Shown here piece after piece: positions 37,831 through 50,900 of a stretch of 64,000 bases of DNA (positions are counted from its first letter, which is position 1; each line of letters starts with the position of its first letter). The stretch spans positions 3,968,001 to 4,032,000 of the forward strand of contig JBHGNT010000017.1 in the NCBI GenBank assembly GCA_043228905.1, written 5' to 3'. Origin of the DNA: Azolla caroliniana (taxonomy: Eukaryota; Plantae; Polypodiophyta). The notes beneath the pieces were generated by a model, which saw only the letters and a program-made list of their open reading frames with translations, was not told the origin of the DNA and did not search any database. Made by a program: the position numbers and the translations under genes.

Positions 37831-40800
37831 CCAGTTCCTCCTTGCCGGTTCCTCCAATGCCGGTCCTTCCTTCATCCGATTCTCACCGGTTCTCCTAACC
37901 GGGTCCTCCTTGTCCCATCCAGAGGGACAAAAAATGCAAATTTCATGTAGTGTGCGAATTACACTACGACAACGTCCATTAGAGATCCGTATTCGACAAT
38001 ACCTCATAATGGGCGTATACATCCGAAATCTATAGTATGGAAATAAGTGCACAATATAGATTAGTACAAAGTTTTTGAACAAACCAATTTTTCGTTCAAG
38101 TTGGAAAACTCCGAAAAATAGAAGGCCTAATCGGCTGAAGTCGAAGAAAGTGACCGAACTTCAAACTGTTGAAGTTGATTGTTCGAAAAACATCCTAAGT
38201 GTCTGACTTAATTAGACTAATTCTTCGTTACGCCCATCTAGTGCCAAAGGGATCGAAATCGATCTGCTGGAAGACACTTGGTCATCCCATCTGCGACATT
38301 ATCGGTTGTAGGTATCTTCTCGAGGCCAATTTTCCTTGAAATGACGTAGTCCCGAACGAAGTGATATCAAATGTCGATGTGTTTCGAGGCATTGTGATGA
38401 ACCAGATTTTTCGACAAAGCAACAATGCCTTGACTGTCGCTATAGACCATTGGAGCCGAATCGGATTCGACTTGTCAAAACGTGCATGCTAGCCGACTGA
38501 GCCATAAAGCTTCTTTCGTCGCGTCTGACGCGGCTACATATTCGGCCTCGGTTGTTGATGTAGCAATGCACTCCCGAAGTTTTGATTTCCACGAGATTGC
38601 TCCATTGCCGAATTTGAAGCAATATCTGGTTGTTGATTTTTGATTGTCCACATAGCCGCCAAAGTCAAAGTTGGTATAACAAACTACGCTTGATGTGTCA
38701 TTCGGGCCAAATAGAATGCCAAGGCCTTTTGTGCCCACCAGATATCTGAACACATGCTTTAGTGCATTCCAGTGGGATGGGTCGGGGTTGTGCATGAATC
38801 TGCTGACGACTCCTACGACGTCAGCAATGTCAGGCCGTGTCGCAACCATCACGTGCATCAAGGAGCGGATTGCCGGTGCATATGGTACCGACTTCATAGT
38901 TTCCCCCTCTGAACCGAATGTCGGGTAGTCTCGTTGAGACAACCGAAGGCTAATGGGGAGTGGGGTTGAAGCATATTTTGCCAATTGCATGTTGAAGCGT
39001 TCGAGGACACGTCTAATATAGTCGGATCGGGACAGAAACAATTGTCTGCAATTTGATTCCGACTAATCTTCATGCCGAGAATGTGTCTTGCTGGACCGAG
39101 GTTCTTCATGGCAAACTTCAACCGTAGTTGCCGAACAAGTTCCACAAGCTCTCCGGCATGCTGATCAGAGAGTAGCATATCGTCCACGTAGATGATGAGG
39201 AAGATGGGTGACCCATCTCGAATTGTTTTCGTAAAGAGATAGTGGTCTTCATCGCTCTTAGAGAAACTGACCGACTAGATGAAGTCGTCGAACTTCTTAT
39301 ACCAATGTCGCAATGCCTGTTTCAAGCCATAAAGACTCTTCTTGAGTCAGCATACTAGATGTTCTTGGCCGAGTACTGTAAAGCCTTTCAGCTGCTCCAT
39401 AAAAATTTCCTCCTCTAGGTCACCATGGAGGAATGTCGTTTTGACATTTAGCTGAATCAACTCCAAATTCTCAGCTACCACGACACCAATCATAAAGCGG
39501 AGGATTATTATTTTCACCACTGGTGAAAAATTTTCATTGAAGTCGACGTCGTATTCCTGTCAAAAACCCTTCGCTACTAATCTAGCCTTGAATTTCGGGG
39601 TTGCCGAATCAGACGTCTCTTTAATTCTATAAACCCACTTGCACGGAAAGGCACGTCAATTTTTTGGTAGTTCGACCAAGTTCCAGGTCTTGTTCACTCG
39701 AATGGAGGTCATTTCAGACTCCATCCCCAAATGCCATGTGACCGAATCGGCAGATGCAGATGCTTCTTCGTATGACGTTGGTTCGCTAACATCTGTAAAG
39801 AAAATTTCAGTAGAGTACCTCTCTGGAGGTTGTGTTAGTCACTGGATCTTCGAGGTATTATTGGACTTGTCGCATCAGGTGTTGGGGTGAGATGATCTAG
39901 AGCTGAACTATTCAGCGGTTCCGAGTCGAACGTTGTCAAGTTTGGGCTTGAGGATTCGGCTACCCGTGAAGTTGATCTCGTGTTATGGGTTGGGCCTTCA
40001 TGAAGGGTTGACACTTCGGAAAAATTTACCCTTCGCACTTCAATAGGCCTTTCGGTTGTCTTATGCATAGCCGACTAATTGAACACTATGTCTAAACTTT
40101 GAACAATTTGTCTGTGCTCAGAGTCCTAGAGTTGGTATCCGATTTCGCCATCTAGTCCATAGCCTAGGAAAATGCATTTCCTGGACCTTGGTGCAAGTTT
40201 GTAGCTATCATCTTTCGGTATGAGGGCGTATGCCTCACACCTGAAGATCCTCTCAACTTGTCGTAATTCTCTTTACTACCGATCCATAAGTCCTAGAGGC
40301 CTACTCAGCGACATATCGATAATCTGTATTGTCGTAAGTAGGGCCTCTGCCCAGAAGCCATCCGACGGTCCGGAGTGTTGGAGCATGGAAACTATCCTTT
40401 CTTGAATTGTCTGATTCATCCTCTCGGAAACTTCGTTCTGCTCCGAGCTATGGGGTGTGATGCCGACCTTGTTGAGGTGACTGAGTTGTCCATGCCATAG
40501 TGATGACACGGGAATGTCAACCAGAAACAAGCCACCCTCTCTGAGTGTGTCGTATAACGGGTACAACAAATGTACTTTCAGTCCTTGAGCAAGTAGGAGG
40601 TTCCCCTTGTGGAGTGTCCACCCTACTGATGAGAAGCTGGCATGGATGGCGTCTTTGTCCAATTGTCCGACTGAGGTCAAAGGTCTTGAGAGTTTAGGTA
40701 TGTGTCAGACATTGTGTAGTACCAATGTAGAGCCACCTAGAAGGTTGTGCTCTATGGTGCCGATTCCAATTATTGCATAATGTTGCGAATTTCAGACTCG

Positions 40801-41520
40801 GACTGAGTCGGAATATCCGGTTGAGTATTGCCGAAATTGGGATCGATGAGGGATCACGTGATATGAAGCGCCCGAGTCCAAGAGGCAAGTGCTTGACTCT
40901 TCCATCGTAAGCAGAACTTCTGATTCAACTGATTTTTCAATGAACAAGATGGTTGGGTCATTCGACAGTATTTTAGCCGAAGAGCCGACATAATTGACCT
41001 CCTCATGACGGCCACTCTTTTGATCAGCTCACTGAGCCTTATCATTTTTGGCTTTGAGTGCGTGGCAATCGGCTTTGATGTGTCTGGGTTTCTAGCAATA
41101 ATTGCAAACTCGATTATCCCGGGACTTGCTCCGAGTTCGCTGGTTGTTCGGCTGCCGTGAAGAACCTCTTCCTTGACTATTCGATCGGTCAATCGAACCT
41201 TGTACTACGTAAGTGTCTTTTGCGAAATCTTTAGCAAACAATTTTGTTCAAGCTGCTTTAGTCAGAATTGCACTCGTGACTGAGGAGTACTTAACAGCAA
41301 CAGTCGACGCATTGCACACAGTTGTAACAAAAGTTTCCCACAAAGGGGGCAGACTACTCATAAGCAGCATTGCTCTTAGTTCATCCTCGATAGTCATCCC
41401 TTAAGCCACAATTTGGGAACTTAAGCTTTCGTACTCGTTGAGTTGTGCCTGGACCGAATCGGATTCTTTCATCCAAAGGTTATAAAGGCATCAAATTAGA
41501 TATATCTTCGTAGCAGCTAC

Positions 41521-42116
41521 TGTCACGGACAAGTATAATAGAGCAAAGAGGAGCCAAGACTAGAACACAAGAGAGAGGAAAAGAACAAGAACTCAACTTA
41601 TACAATCCATAATTGGTGTTGTTCACCTTGATTAGAATCAAGGTGCACCTGAGTATTTATACAATAAGGTAGGGCTATGTAAGCTAACTAGAAATAGAGG
41701 ATGCATGAGGATGCATGCAATGGAGAATGCATGCAATAGAGAATGCATGAGAATATGTGCAAGCTAGAAACTTCTAATGTTCAATCTACACTACATAAAG
41801 TGGATTTGGTACAAGGTAGCTCAATTGGTAGGGTTGCCCAATAGAGACTATGAGGTCTTGGGTTCAATCCCTACCTTCCTCTGTGACATATGTCTATGAC
41901 ATTATCCTCCCTCTAAGGCTGCCTCCTTACACCCCCGACCGGTTTATGAGGGAATCTTTGATGAAAAGCGTGAATTGCCTCCGGCGCATTTTGTACATGT
42001 GTAATTGGTTCCCATGTGGCGTCCGAAAGAGGGTAACCTTTCCATAAGACCAAGTATTGAAGTTTTCGATGATGCAAGTGGGAGTCGAGGATCCGGTCAA
42101 CCTCGTACTCCTCACC
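41521..42116 (-). mobile_element. Chromovirus (Ty3/gypsy) remnant: chromodomain, PPT and 3' LTR (41521-41901), inside copia D gag
   Basis: Minus strand 42116-41913 translates GEEYEVDRILDSHLHHRKLQYLVLWKGYPLSDATWEP...; this frame is not in the ORF track. PPT GAGGGAGGATAA. LTR TGTCA...TGACA. Confidence 0.88.
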
Positions 42117-44761
42117 CTAAACCCAAACCCCCCTTGACTATCAGGTAGTCTTGCATCTGCTCCTTCCAGAAGTTGATGTTCGATCTGTCGAATTTCCTCA
42201 GACTCACCTCTAAAGAGCTGGATATTGATGCCATGTGTGTCGGTAGGGTGAACTCTATTCGGGGTCGACTACGAACGGTGGTTGGGTGCAGCCAATTGGC
42301 TCACCCGAATTGTTCTAGTCGGATTCGAACACAAGGTTAATTGATTTTGACTTGTTGGTGGATTCTGTCCGAGGTGGTTACAATCAATTGACTTTGCCGA
42401 ATTGAACACGAACGTGCCAATTAGCCGATAGTATTTCGAATGTTGCGAGATTCGATCCCTGAGTGACTACTGTTTATCAACTAGTCGAATTGGATCCGAG
42501 TTTTGCCGATTTCGAAATACCGATCAAAGTTTTTTTTGTGTCGATTACCTAGGTCGATCTTGTTTCGGGTGATAGCAACGATGAGAGGGACGGAGGCGAC
42601 TGGTCCTCCCGAATGTCATTCAATCGAACGAAACACGAATTGGGGTTGTTCCTTGGAGCCGATTTCGCTTCGAGTGATTACGGTGAGTGAATGAATGGCG
42701 TCAGATGGCCTATTCAATTTTTGCCTAATCGAATGAAGCGCAAGTGTGATTTGATCAAGAGAAGGGTCTCACTCCGAATAGCGACAATCACAATGTCAAA
42801 GTGCAGCTGACTGACTTCGAGAGTGATTTCGAGCAATAGGGTGCAGACCTTTAGTTGTCTCTCTTCATCAAATATGATCTTGTCGAGAGTTGCCAGTTGA
42901 GGTCTTCACGGTGTACAATGGAAGAGTTGTTGATGGAGACAAAGTAGACGGCGACAACAGAATCGAGAACGCCAAGCTCTGATACTAGTCATCTAGTGCG
43001 GAACATATCAACATTCTTCTTAAGAGAAAATCATAAACAAATACAATCAAGGTAGATTGACGGCAACAGAGACAGAGAACAATGAGTCACTTAGAACGCA
43101 CGCGAGAGAGAGACGTTGGGCACAAGATGAACTATATTTTCTCAACCACCAAACTAGGTTACAAAGTCAGTTTATATATTGACTAACTTAGGGCAATTGC
43201 CCTTCTCGCTATTTACATAAATAGCCTAAACCTAGTGTGTACAAAAGGGACAAATGTGAATACATCCATTAGAGACCCGTATTCGACACCAGGATGCCGA
43301 ACGGCAATCGCACGGGCTCAATGGCAAATATTGTGTTTGACCGGTTTCGGGTAGCAATTGAAGAGCTTACGAGTTCAAGCACCCGGATATCCACACGCAA
43401 TCAGAAATAGAAGAGAGATGACTCAGGGATGTTGGGCACAAAGAGAGACTCAACGATGATTAACGATTTAACAAAGAAAAAAAGAAGAAGGAAAAGAATA
43501 CAACCGAACTCGGCCGACAAAAGAGCTTCAAACTCTCTACACTCACACCCACGCATACACTGATATCAATGGACCTATGGTCGGGAGCACACAAGCTTCC
43601 TATGCAAGCAAGGAACTCCATAGCATAGGATGAATACACTTCGACCGAATGTTCAGCTCTCAAACCAACAACACTTCGACCTCCCAAAATCGTCGATCCC
43701 TTCTCAGTCTTCTCTCCCTCTTGTTATAGTTTAGGGAGAGACCTTTACATCAAGATGTTAAGACAACCACTTTCAATCCCCGATTCTCTCCTCGATCTCC
43801 TCCAATCAAACACTCACTTTTATTCCTCTATTCTTGTGACCATAAAGTGCCTACAAAATCCCTTCTACCTAGTATTCCTCAACACTCAACTAATGCTATG
43901 TTATTTACACACATTTGTACATAAAGACTATTTTGTGTGCATCTGTGCACACCCTCGTTCCCACACTCTCCGACCCCTTTTCTCCTTGTAGCCAAAATTC
44001 CCCATGACACCGTTTTTCGTATCACTTCATTCATTCTTTATCTTTCTTGAGCTCATACTCTCTCAACCTCCCAATCACTCTAATTATTGGTTAGGGTTAA
44101 AAGTACATTGTAAATTTGTTGTGATCAAGGACTGATACACAATCTGTTGGTAACCTTGTCTGTTTTTATTGCTTTGCATTTTGCCTTTATTGTTTTTATT
44201 TGATTAAAGCCATTAAGTGTGTTGGTTAACCCTATTCTAGCAGTCGAATCCTTTGTTGAGACCAAATGGGTGTGATATTGAGAGAGACTTAGTTAGTGAG
44301 AGAGCATCTAGGTGACAAAGACATACTCATTGGAAAAAAACACCTAGGTGATGAAACAAGATGGAAACTTAGGGAGTGGCCTGAATCTGGAGAGATGCAT
44401 TCCATTGAGCAAGGCACCTAACGCGGACTCATGTCCGAACTTGTCGGAACGAAAGGGTGAGTGTCATTGGGTCACACCTTCAACTCGAGCAAAGATAGAT
44501 AATATGTACAACTGAAAGAAAGTTTTTGTTCGTTAATCCATCGTGTCCCCCGCCCATCCGTGTGTGGCGAGAAACTTTGTTGTCCCAAGTAGCCCAAAAG
44601 CTAAAACCCCACAATTCCCCTCACAAACAAAACAAGAAAGACTTGTTTTCTATAATACATACATTATACATATATACATATGTATATATAACCTTCACCC
44701 CCAATCCTCTCTGTTCCTGTCTCAGTCTCTTGTCTCTGTCCCAGAGAAGAGGTGACCATCC

Positions 44762-44893
44762 ATGGAAGCTGTGGCGCTCAACCAACCCTGCCCATCCTTC
44801 ACATCCTTCTTCTCTCCCCCTAATTCCATCCATGGAATCCCCAAGAGACAGAAAAGGACCAGACTGAAACAGAGGCATGGTTCTCTTTCCAGA

Positions 44894-44924
<31 letters not shown>

Positions 44925-47900
44925 CTTCTTCTTTTCAAGTTAGGGCAATGAAACAAGAGAATGCAGGCCAAGGAACTCCCTTTCGCAACAATGAAAATAA
45001 TTCTGGCAGTAAATATAGCTTATCTTCTCTCAAACATGCGATTGTGCTGGGTACTTCTCACTTCTCTGAGGAATTTCGAGAAGAGATTCGCAATGAAATA
45101 GGTATTGATTTGAACGAGATTTATCTTTCTCTCGTCGAATATTTTGAGAGGAAAAGACTTGAAGTCAGTCACTTTGTACATCAAGCAAAGAAGAAAACAG
45201 AGGATTTAACGAATGAGGTAACCAGGAGACAATTTTGGCAAAGTTTCTCAGCTTGGAACCGCATTGAGTTATGGAAGGTACATACTGGAGAAGTAATTCT
45301 ATATTTCCACAAAAAGATACATTCCCGAGAAGTGTTTTCATAATGCTGTGGAAGGTGTATATTTGAGAATTAATTTAATATCTCAAAAAAATATTCACTT
45401 CTGCTAAAGAATTTCATAGTTATTTGAAAAGTGCATACATGAAGTGATTTCTTAATTCTTTGCATTGCTGATGTATGCGATATATAATGTATATATGTAT
45501 ATATTTTTAAAGTAATTTCACTATGATACAGAAGGTACATACCGGAAGTAGTCATAATGCGATATCCATGAATGCTAGAGAAACGGGTCTTTTTTATTAT
45601 TATCCAAGCTCATTGTTAATCATAACTAAATGAAAATCATTTGCCAAATAGATGGATAGACTTTACCATCATCCATAGAGGTAGAACGTAACCAATGGAA
45701 TCAAAAGTATCATGGACGAAGACTGAACTCAATTTAAATATTTCATTGATATGAAAAATGAATGAAATTAATATGTGAAATTTGGTGAACATTAAGATTT
45801 AATCAATCATCAGAACGAAACTCAAAAGCCAGGTCTATTCTTTATCATGCCAAAAGACTGTGACAACTTATGGATTAGAAGTAGTAAGATACACAAATGG
45901 CTTCACTAAAGGATTTTTGGGTATGTGAGAAGAGCTAACCATGAAACCTGCATGTTTCTACCCTTGTATCTTTGGCGTATATGGAGAACAACAGTTTGTA
46001 GTTGCGTGATTTAACATAGGCTCATGAATCGTTGAAAACATATTTAAATAACGGAAAATGGTTGAACCGGCAATATTTATCTGGGGTTCATTATTGGTGT
46101 ATTATCTGGTTCTTAAATCACAGATCCACATCTGAATTTATAGTGTTTGTGAGAGTTGCAAAAAGGGGCATATATATGAAGAATATGAATTTAGTCGTGT
46201 GCCAATTGTAATTGATGATAAAAGATTTCTGTGTATTATCAGGACATAAAATCATGGGATGCTGAACGGTTCGCAGTATGTGCAGTGTTTATACTTGTGG
46301 TTGCAGCAACTTTTCGATCTCTTTATAATATTTCATCTAGACCACGGATGACTAAGGAAATGGCCAATTCATACATGGAGACTGTCATTCCTGAACCCAC
46401 CATAGAGAATGTTAGAACGTAAGTACATTTTTGTTCGTATATGATTACTAACGAAATACCTATCTATTAATGAAAAGCTCTAAAAGCATTACGCTACAAG
46501 TATTGCAACCAAATTTCTGGGCAAATGTTTCTTGTACATCGAACCCTTCAATTTGGGAGTATCCTCGCGCCACTAGCCTGGCCAAGGAATCTCAAATATA
46601 AAATATCATTGAACAGATATAACACATTGGTTAGCATAAACAATGTTACCACTGCTAAAAATACAAGAAAGCAGATACTATGTAAAATGATATTCTCAAG
46701 TTGTGATTGTTTTCTTATCATTATATAGGATGACACCTTGTGTGGGCAGGGACATTCAGTAGTTATGATCTGAGACACCCTTCATGAGAACATGGTTACC
46801 TCTGGTTGTGGTACTGTGGTTGTGAACCAATTTAAGCCTTAGCCTCTAAATATGCACACATTGGGATGGGAACCACATTTAGTGTAGATTCACTCACCAA
46901 TATTTAGTTTGACATTTGTTTATTTGTTATATTCTTCTCCTTGTCATTCATGCACTCATGCAGCCGCATTTGCCCTGGAATCGAAAAGTATTGTAGGGCC
47001 TCTGTTGTGCAGTGTGTCATCAGGGAGAATGCTAGATGCAGTGATTTTATACCCATATTTTCTCTTAAAAAATGTTTCAAATCAGATCTTTATTATTGAT
47101 TGTTGAATTTCATGAAGAGGTTGATCATTATTGATCGTTTCAAACCAGATCTTCATATTTCTCTCTCTGGGTTTATTCAGGAACTGCCAATTTGACATCT
47201 AGAAAACATGCAACAGCTGATGTTGCATGCTCATTGAAACTTAAGGGAATGCTCTCAAGTTGACCACTTTTTGTCTTTCTTGTCCAATTCTCAAGAAAGA
47301 TACATCACTTTCTTATTTTAACTTAAAAAATAATGTAGATGCTGTATTCCTGACGTTGAAAGGCTTGCAGGTTACAGAAGGGAATTTGGCGGCGAAAAAT
47401 GCCATATGGATTTAGAATGCAGCGTTATATTCGAGGACCAGATGGTGCATTGCACCAGGATTTGTCGTATGTTGGTGAAAACCCTTGGGATGAGAGTGCA
47501 GATTTAGATTCTCATCCTAACACGAATGAGTTGCTCAATGAAAATCCCAATCTTGCAGAAGAACAAATAGAGGAATTGAAAAATAAAGCATCAGAGATTG
47601 ATTTGCAAATGGAAGTGGGCAGATGTAAGCTATCAATAAAGTTTGATTCTCTAAAGTGTATTATAAACAGGTAAAGTTTTTTTTTATCATAACAGAGTAT
47701 GTCTTGCAGCAAAGATGTCCTGGCAGGAAAGACTTATTGAATGGGATAAAATATTGGAAAGTGAAGAGCTAAAAGATCAGCTTTTAGCAGAGAAAAGCAA
47801 GTTTGTCATCCCTGTTAACCTAGATAAAGCTAGGGAAAACCTGTTAAAGAGAAAGAAGAAACAGGTAGCCTCAGTGCCATCAACAGCATATCTTGTGTCA

Positions 47901-50900
47901 AGAAAGTGGTGGCAGTATCGGCCAAAATTACCATATATGTTCTTCCTCTCCAAGGTGGAGAGAGGAGAGGTATAATAGTTTACTTGAATCCTCTATTTCA
48001 GGGTAAAATTGGTTTTCAAATTAGGAAATATTTGGCTTAGTTTGCAATATAAGGTCCTTATTACATGCATTCCTAACAGGTTGAGTCTGCAGTATACTCT
48101 GAAGATACAACAAAGCTTTATGTAAGAATGAAAGAAGGTTTTCCTGCAGACTACATTGTATGTATCACATCCTCCTCTGCAATATCTCATTGACTCTCTT
48201 AAAATTTGTTGTTTATCTTGTTGATTTGATGATGTAGGTTGATATACCAGTTGATCCATATTTGTTCGATCTGTTGAAGAACTCCGATGTAAAATTAGAT
48301 ATGATAATCCAAAGTGAATGGTCTTACTATGCAAGAGCATTTCTCATTCTTGCTCCTAGTTTGATTATTCTTCTCCGTATCAGAAATCTATCACTTAGTC
48401 TATTGGAAGAGACCGCTGAAAAGATAATTGACCTGTTGAAGATGGACCGGAAACATCTTATCTTGGTAATAATTGTGTTTCTGATGAATGCCTAAAGTCT
48501 TAATCATTTCTTTCACAATACGTGATATTAGCTGGAAATTTGGTTTGTAGCCTGAGGATGCTGCCCAAAAAGCAAAGTCAGAGTATAAAGATGTTGTGAT
48601 AGGAGAGAATGTGTGGAGAACTTTGGAAGAAATCATGGGATATATGCGTGAACCAATGAGATACTATGATAGAGGAATACGTCTTCCAAGGGTAAGTTGG
48701 CAAATTCCCCATTTTATCATGCATTTCAATTGTGCATGATAATAGTGATTGTCGACACATTAGATCAAAATGATAGGCTGACAATCATAAATGAATTCAA
48801 ACATTAAAAACAAAGTAAATTGAAATGGAATTTCATGGGTTCCTAGTTTGTTGGTTATGCCACCTTAGGGACATGAAATAAATTAACCCAAGGCAAGCCA
48901 AAATCAGAGTATATGTTACTCATCAAATAAGGCTTCTGTATTGGCCTCCCGCACCTTTTGTAGAATATGAGGGTTTCCTTCCTCTTTGTTAGACTAGGTT
49001 CTTGATGTTGCCCTATATTAGGTGTTTTAGTTGAAGAACCCTCTTTTATTCTGAAGATCTGAATATTCTGGAGTCTTAATGGCAATTATTTTTTCTAATG
49101 TTTTAGCCAAGTTGTGTGTCATCTAGGACTGGTGCCCAAAGTTAATTCTTTACACTTGCATTATACATTCATAATGTCTCAAAGAATTCTGACTGTATAT
49201 ACAACAAATCAGGCTTATGCCAGATCAAATTAGAACATTCTAACGTGGCCAGAAACCAGTAGAGAGCTTCTGATATAAAAAGTGTATACTAATACGATAG
49301 TAAGTAGTACAAGAGTAGGCACCAAGAGATATATCACTGTTGACCGACTGAACCTTAATGCAATGATGGAATATTTCTTCCATTCACATACGTATCATGC
49401 GTCTCTTCCTGTTTAACGTTCATAATGGTACCGATTCACCAATTTTTTACTGCGTCAAAATGGTACCGATTCCTGTTTAACGTTCGAAATGGTACCAATT
49501 CATCTAAATTTGATGACTGCTAAAAGATGAATGACTTAATTATTTGGTTAGGGTATACTCATCAGTGGCCCACCAGGAACTGGTAAAACCCTCCTTGCAA
49601 GGGCAATAGCGAGAGAAAGTGGATTGCCGTTTGTGTTTGCTTCGGGGGCAGAGTTTGTAGAATCAAGCTCAGGAGATGGTCCTGAAAAAGTTTTCAACAT
49701 TTTTTTCACAGCCCGAGCTAATGTATACAGTTCATTTGTTAAACTTCCTTCTTTATGATGCACATGTTTTTTTGTCTTTGCTGAATGCCTTCTATACTTT
49801 CAGGCCCCATCTTTCATATTTATTGATGAGATTGATGCATTAGCTGGGAAAGGTGTTAATGATGATCCTGAACGAAGAGCAACTTTTGATCAGCTCCTAT
49901 CAGAGCTAGATGGCTTGTACATACCTTCTTATATTAGATCTATTTTTTGAACAGCGTATTGCTCTTAATACGTACACATGAAGTGGGGTAAAGAAATAAT
50001 TTATTCTTTTAATTGTAGGCCAGAGGATACAGACATGGATAGGTTCTCCAAAAGGCAAGCAGTTGTTCTTATCTGTGCCACCAATCGACCTGAAGAATTG
50101 CATGATAGTTTTGTGCGCCCAGGACGTATTGACAGAGAGATTCACATAGGCCTTCCTGGAGAGCAGGGACGTTTAGGGATATTTTCTGTTCATAGTGCAG
50201 GCAGACGACTTTCTAAAGATGTGAACTTTGGACAGGTTTGCTTGCATGTTACAAAAGATTGCTTTGCTTCTCTTGCGTTAGTAAAGTTACAACTGATATT
50301 TCTTCCCAATGTATAGCTTGTTTTCAGGACTGTGGGATATTCTGGAGCTGATATAAGAAATTTAATTAATGAAGCTGGCATCATGGCGGTAAAGAAATTT
50401 TATGCTGATGCTTGGGTTATCTAATTGATTCCATATTCTGAGATGGGTAAAAAAACCTTTAAAGGTCCGAAAAGGGAGGGTGGAGATTTTCCAGCAGGAC
50501 TTTATTGATGTGCTTGACAAACAACTGTTTGAAGGATTGGGGATGTCTATGACAGATGAAGAACAAGCCCGTGCAGAAGAGAAGGTTTGTTGCTAGTGTA
50601 TTTTCTTGCTTTTTCAGATTAATGGCAGAAACATTTATCCTGTATCTATGGCATTACATTACGTTTTAGTATTCTTTGTTTGATGATGATACTTTGATCC
50701 ATTACTTTAGATAAACATTAGCGGCTTATACTATTATTTTTCTATATTTTAAATTTGAGGAGTCCACACAGTATGTGCCATGCTATCAGAACACTTTCTA
50801 TGAACCTTAACCTAATGCACAACTTGACCAATTAAAACTTTCACTGGTTGAAATGCTCAAGTGGAACAAAAGGGGCAAAACGTATAACGAAAGAGAAGAT

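Larger units (their letters stand above)
8368..37971 (-). mobile_element. Ty3/gypsy element G3 (3' LTR 8368-9175; gag-PR-RT-RH-INT in pieces; 5' LTR remnant ~30280-30492 + 37835-37971)
   Basis: TSD ACGT at 8364-8367 and 37972-37975. Domains: gag zinc knuckle CIWC..H..C (~29580-29630), PR LIDHGSEIN, RT LPQGAINSVAHM/FLDD, INT GHRG and YNPEAN. A deletion at ~30280 removed the PBS and gag start. Confidence 0.92.
8080..43288 (-). mobile_element. Ty1/copia element D (3' LTR 8080-8367 + 37976-37998; internal 37999-42987; 5' LTR ~42988-43288), degenerate
   Basis: LTR text at 8093-8367 matches 42988-43265. PBS GCTCTGATACTA at 42976-42987. RT/RNase H fragments at 38230-39700. Probable TSD CCCGG/CCAGG at 8075-8079 and 43289-43293. 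Confidence 0.85.
7908..44009 (-). mobile_element. Solo LTR G2 (pieces 7908-8079 and 43294-44009), split by copia D
   Basis: Starts TGTCACAAATTTCTGCGCG, with the family motif GGGTCTTGGAC at ~7955, and ends CCCATGACA. TSD CCGT at 7904-7907 and 44010-44013. Confidence 0.8.
4114..44068 (+). mobile_element. Ty1/copia element A (RT-RNase H 4114-5640; 3' LTR in pieces 5641-5896, ~7762-7907, 44014-~44068); host of the nested stack
   Basis: LLLYVDDMLI at ~4180-4210. PPT GAAGGGGGAG before TGTTGAGAAT at 5641. The LTR resumes after TSD CCGT at 44010 and ends TCTCAAC, the inverse of its start. The right boundary is approximate. Confidence 0.75.
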
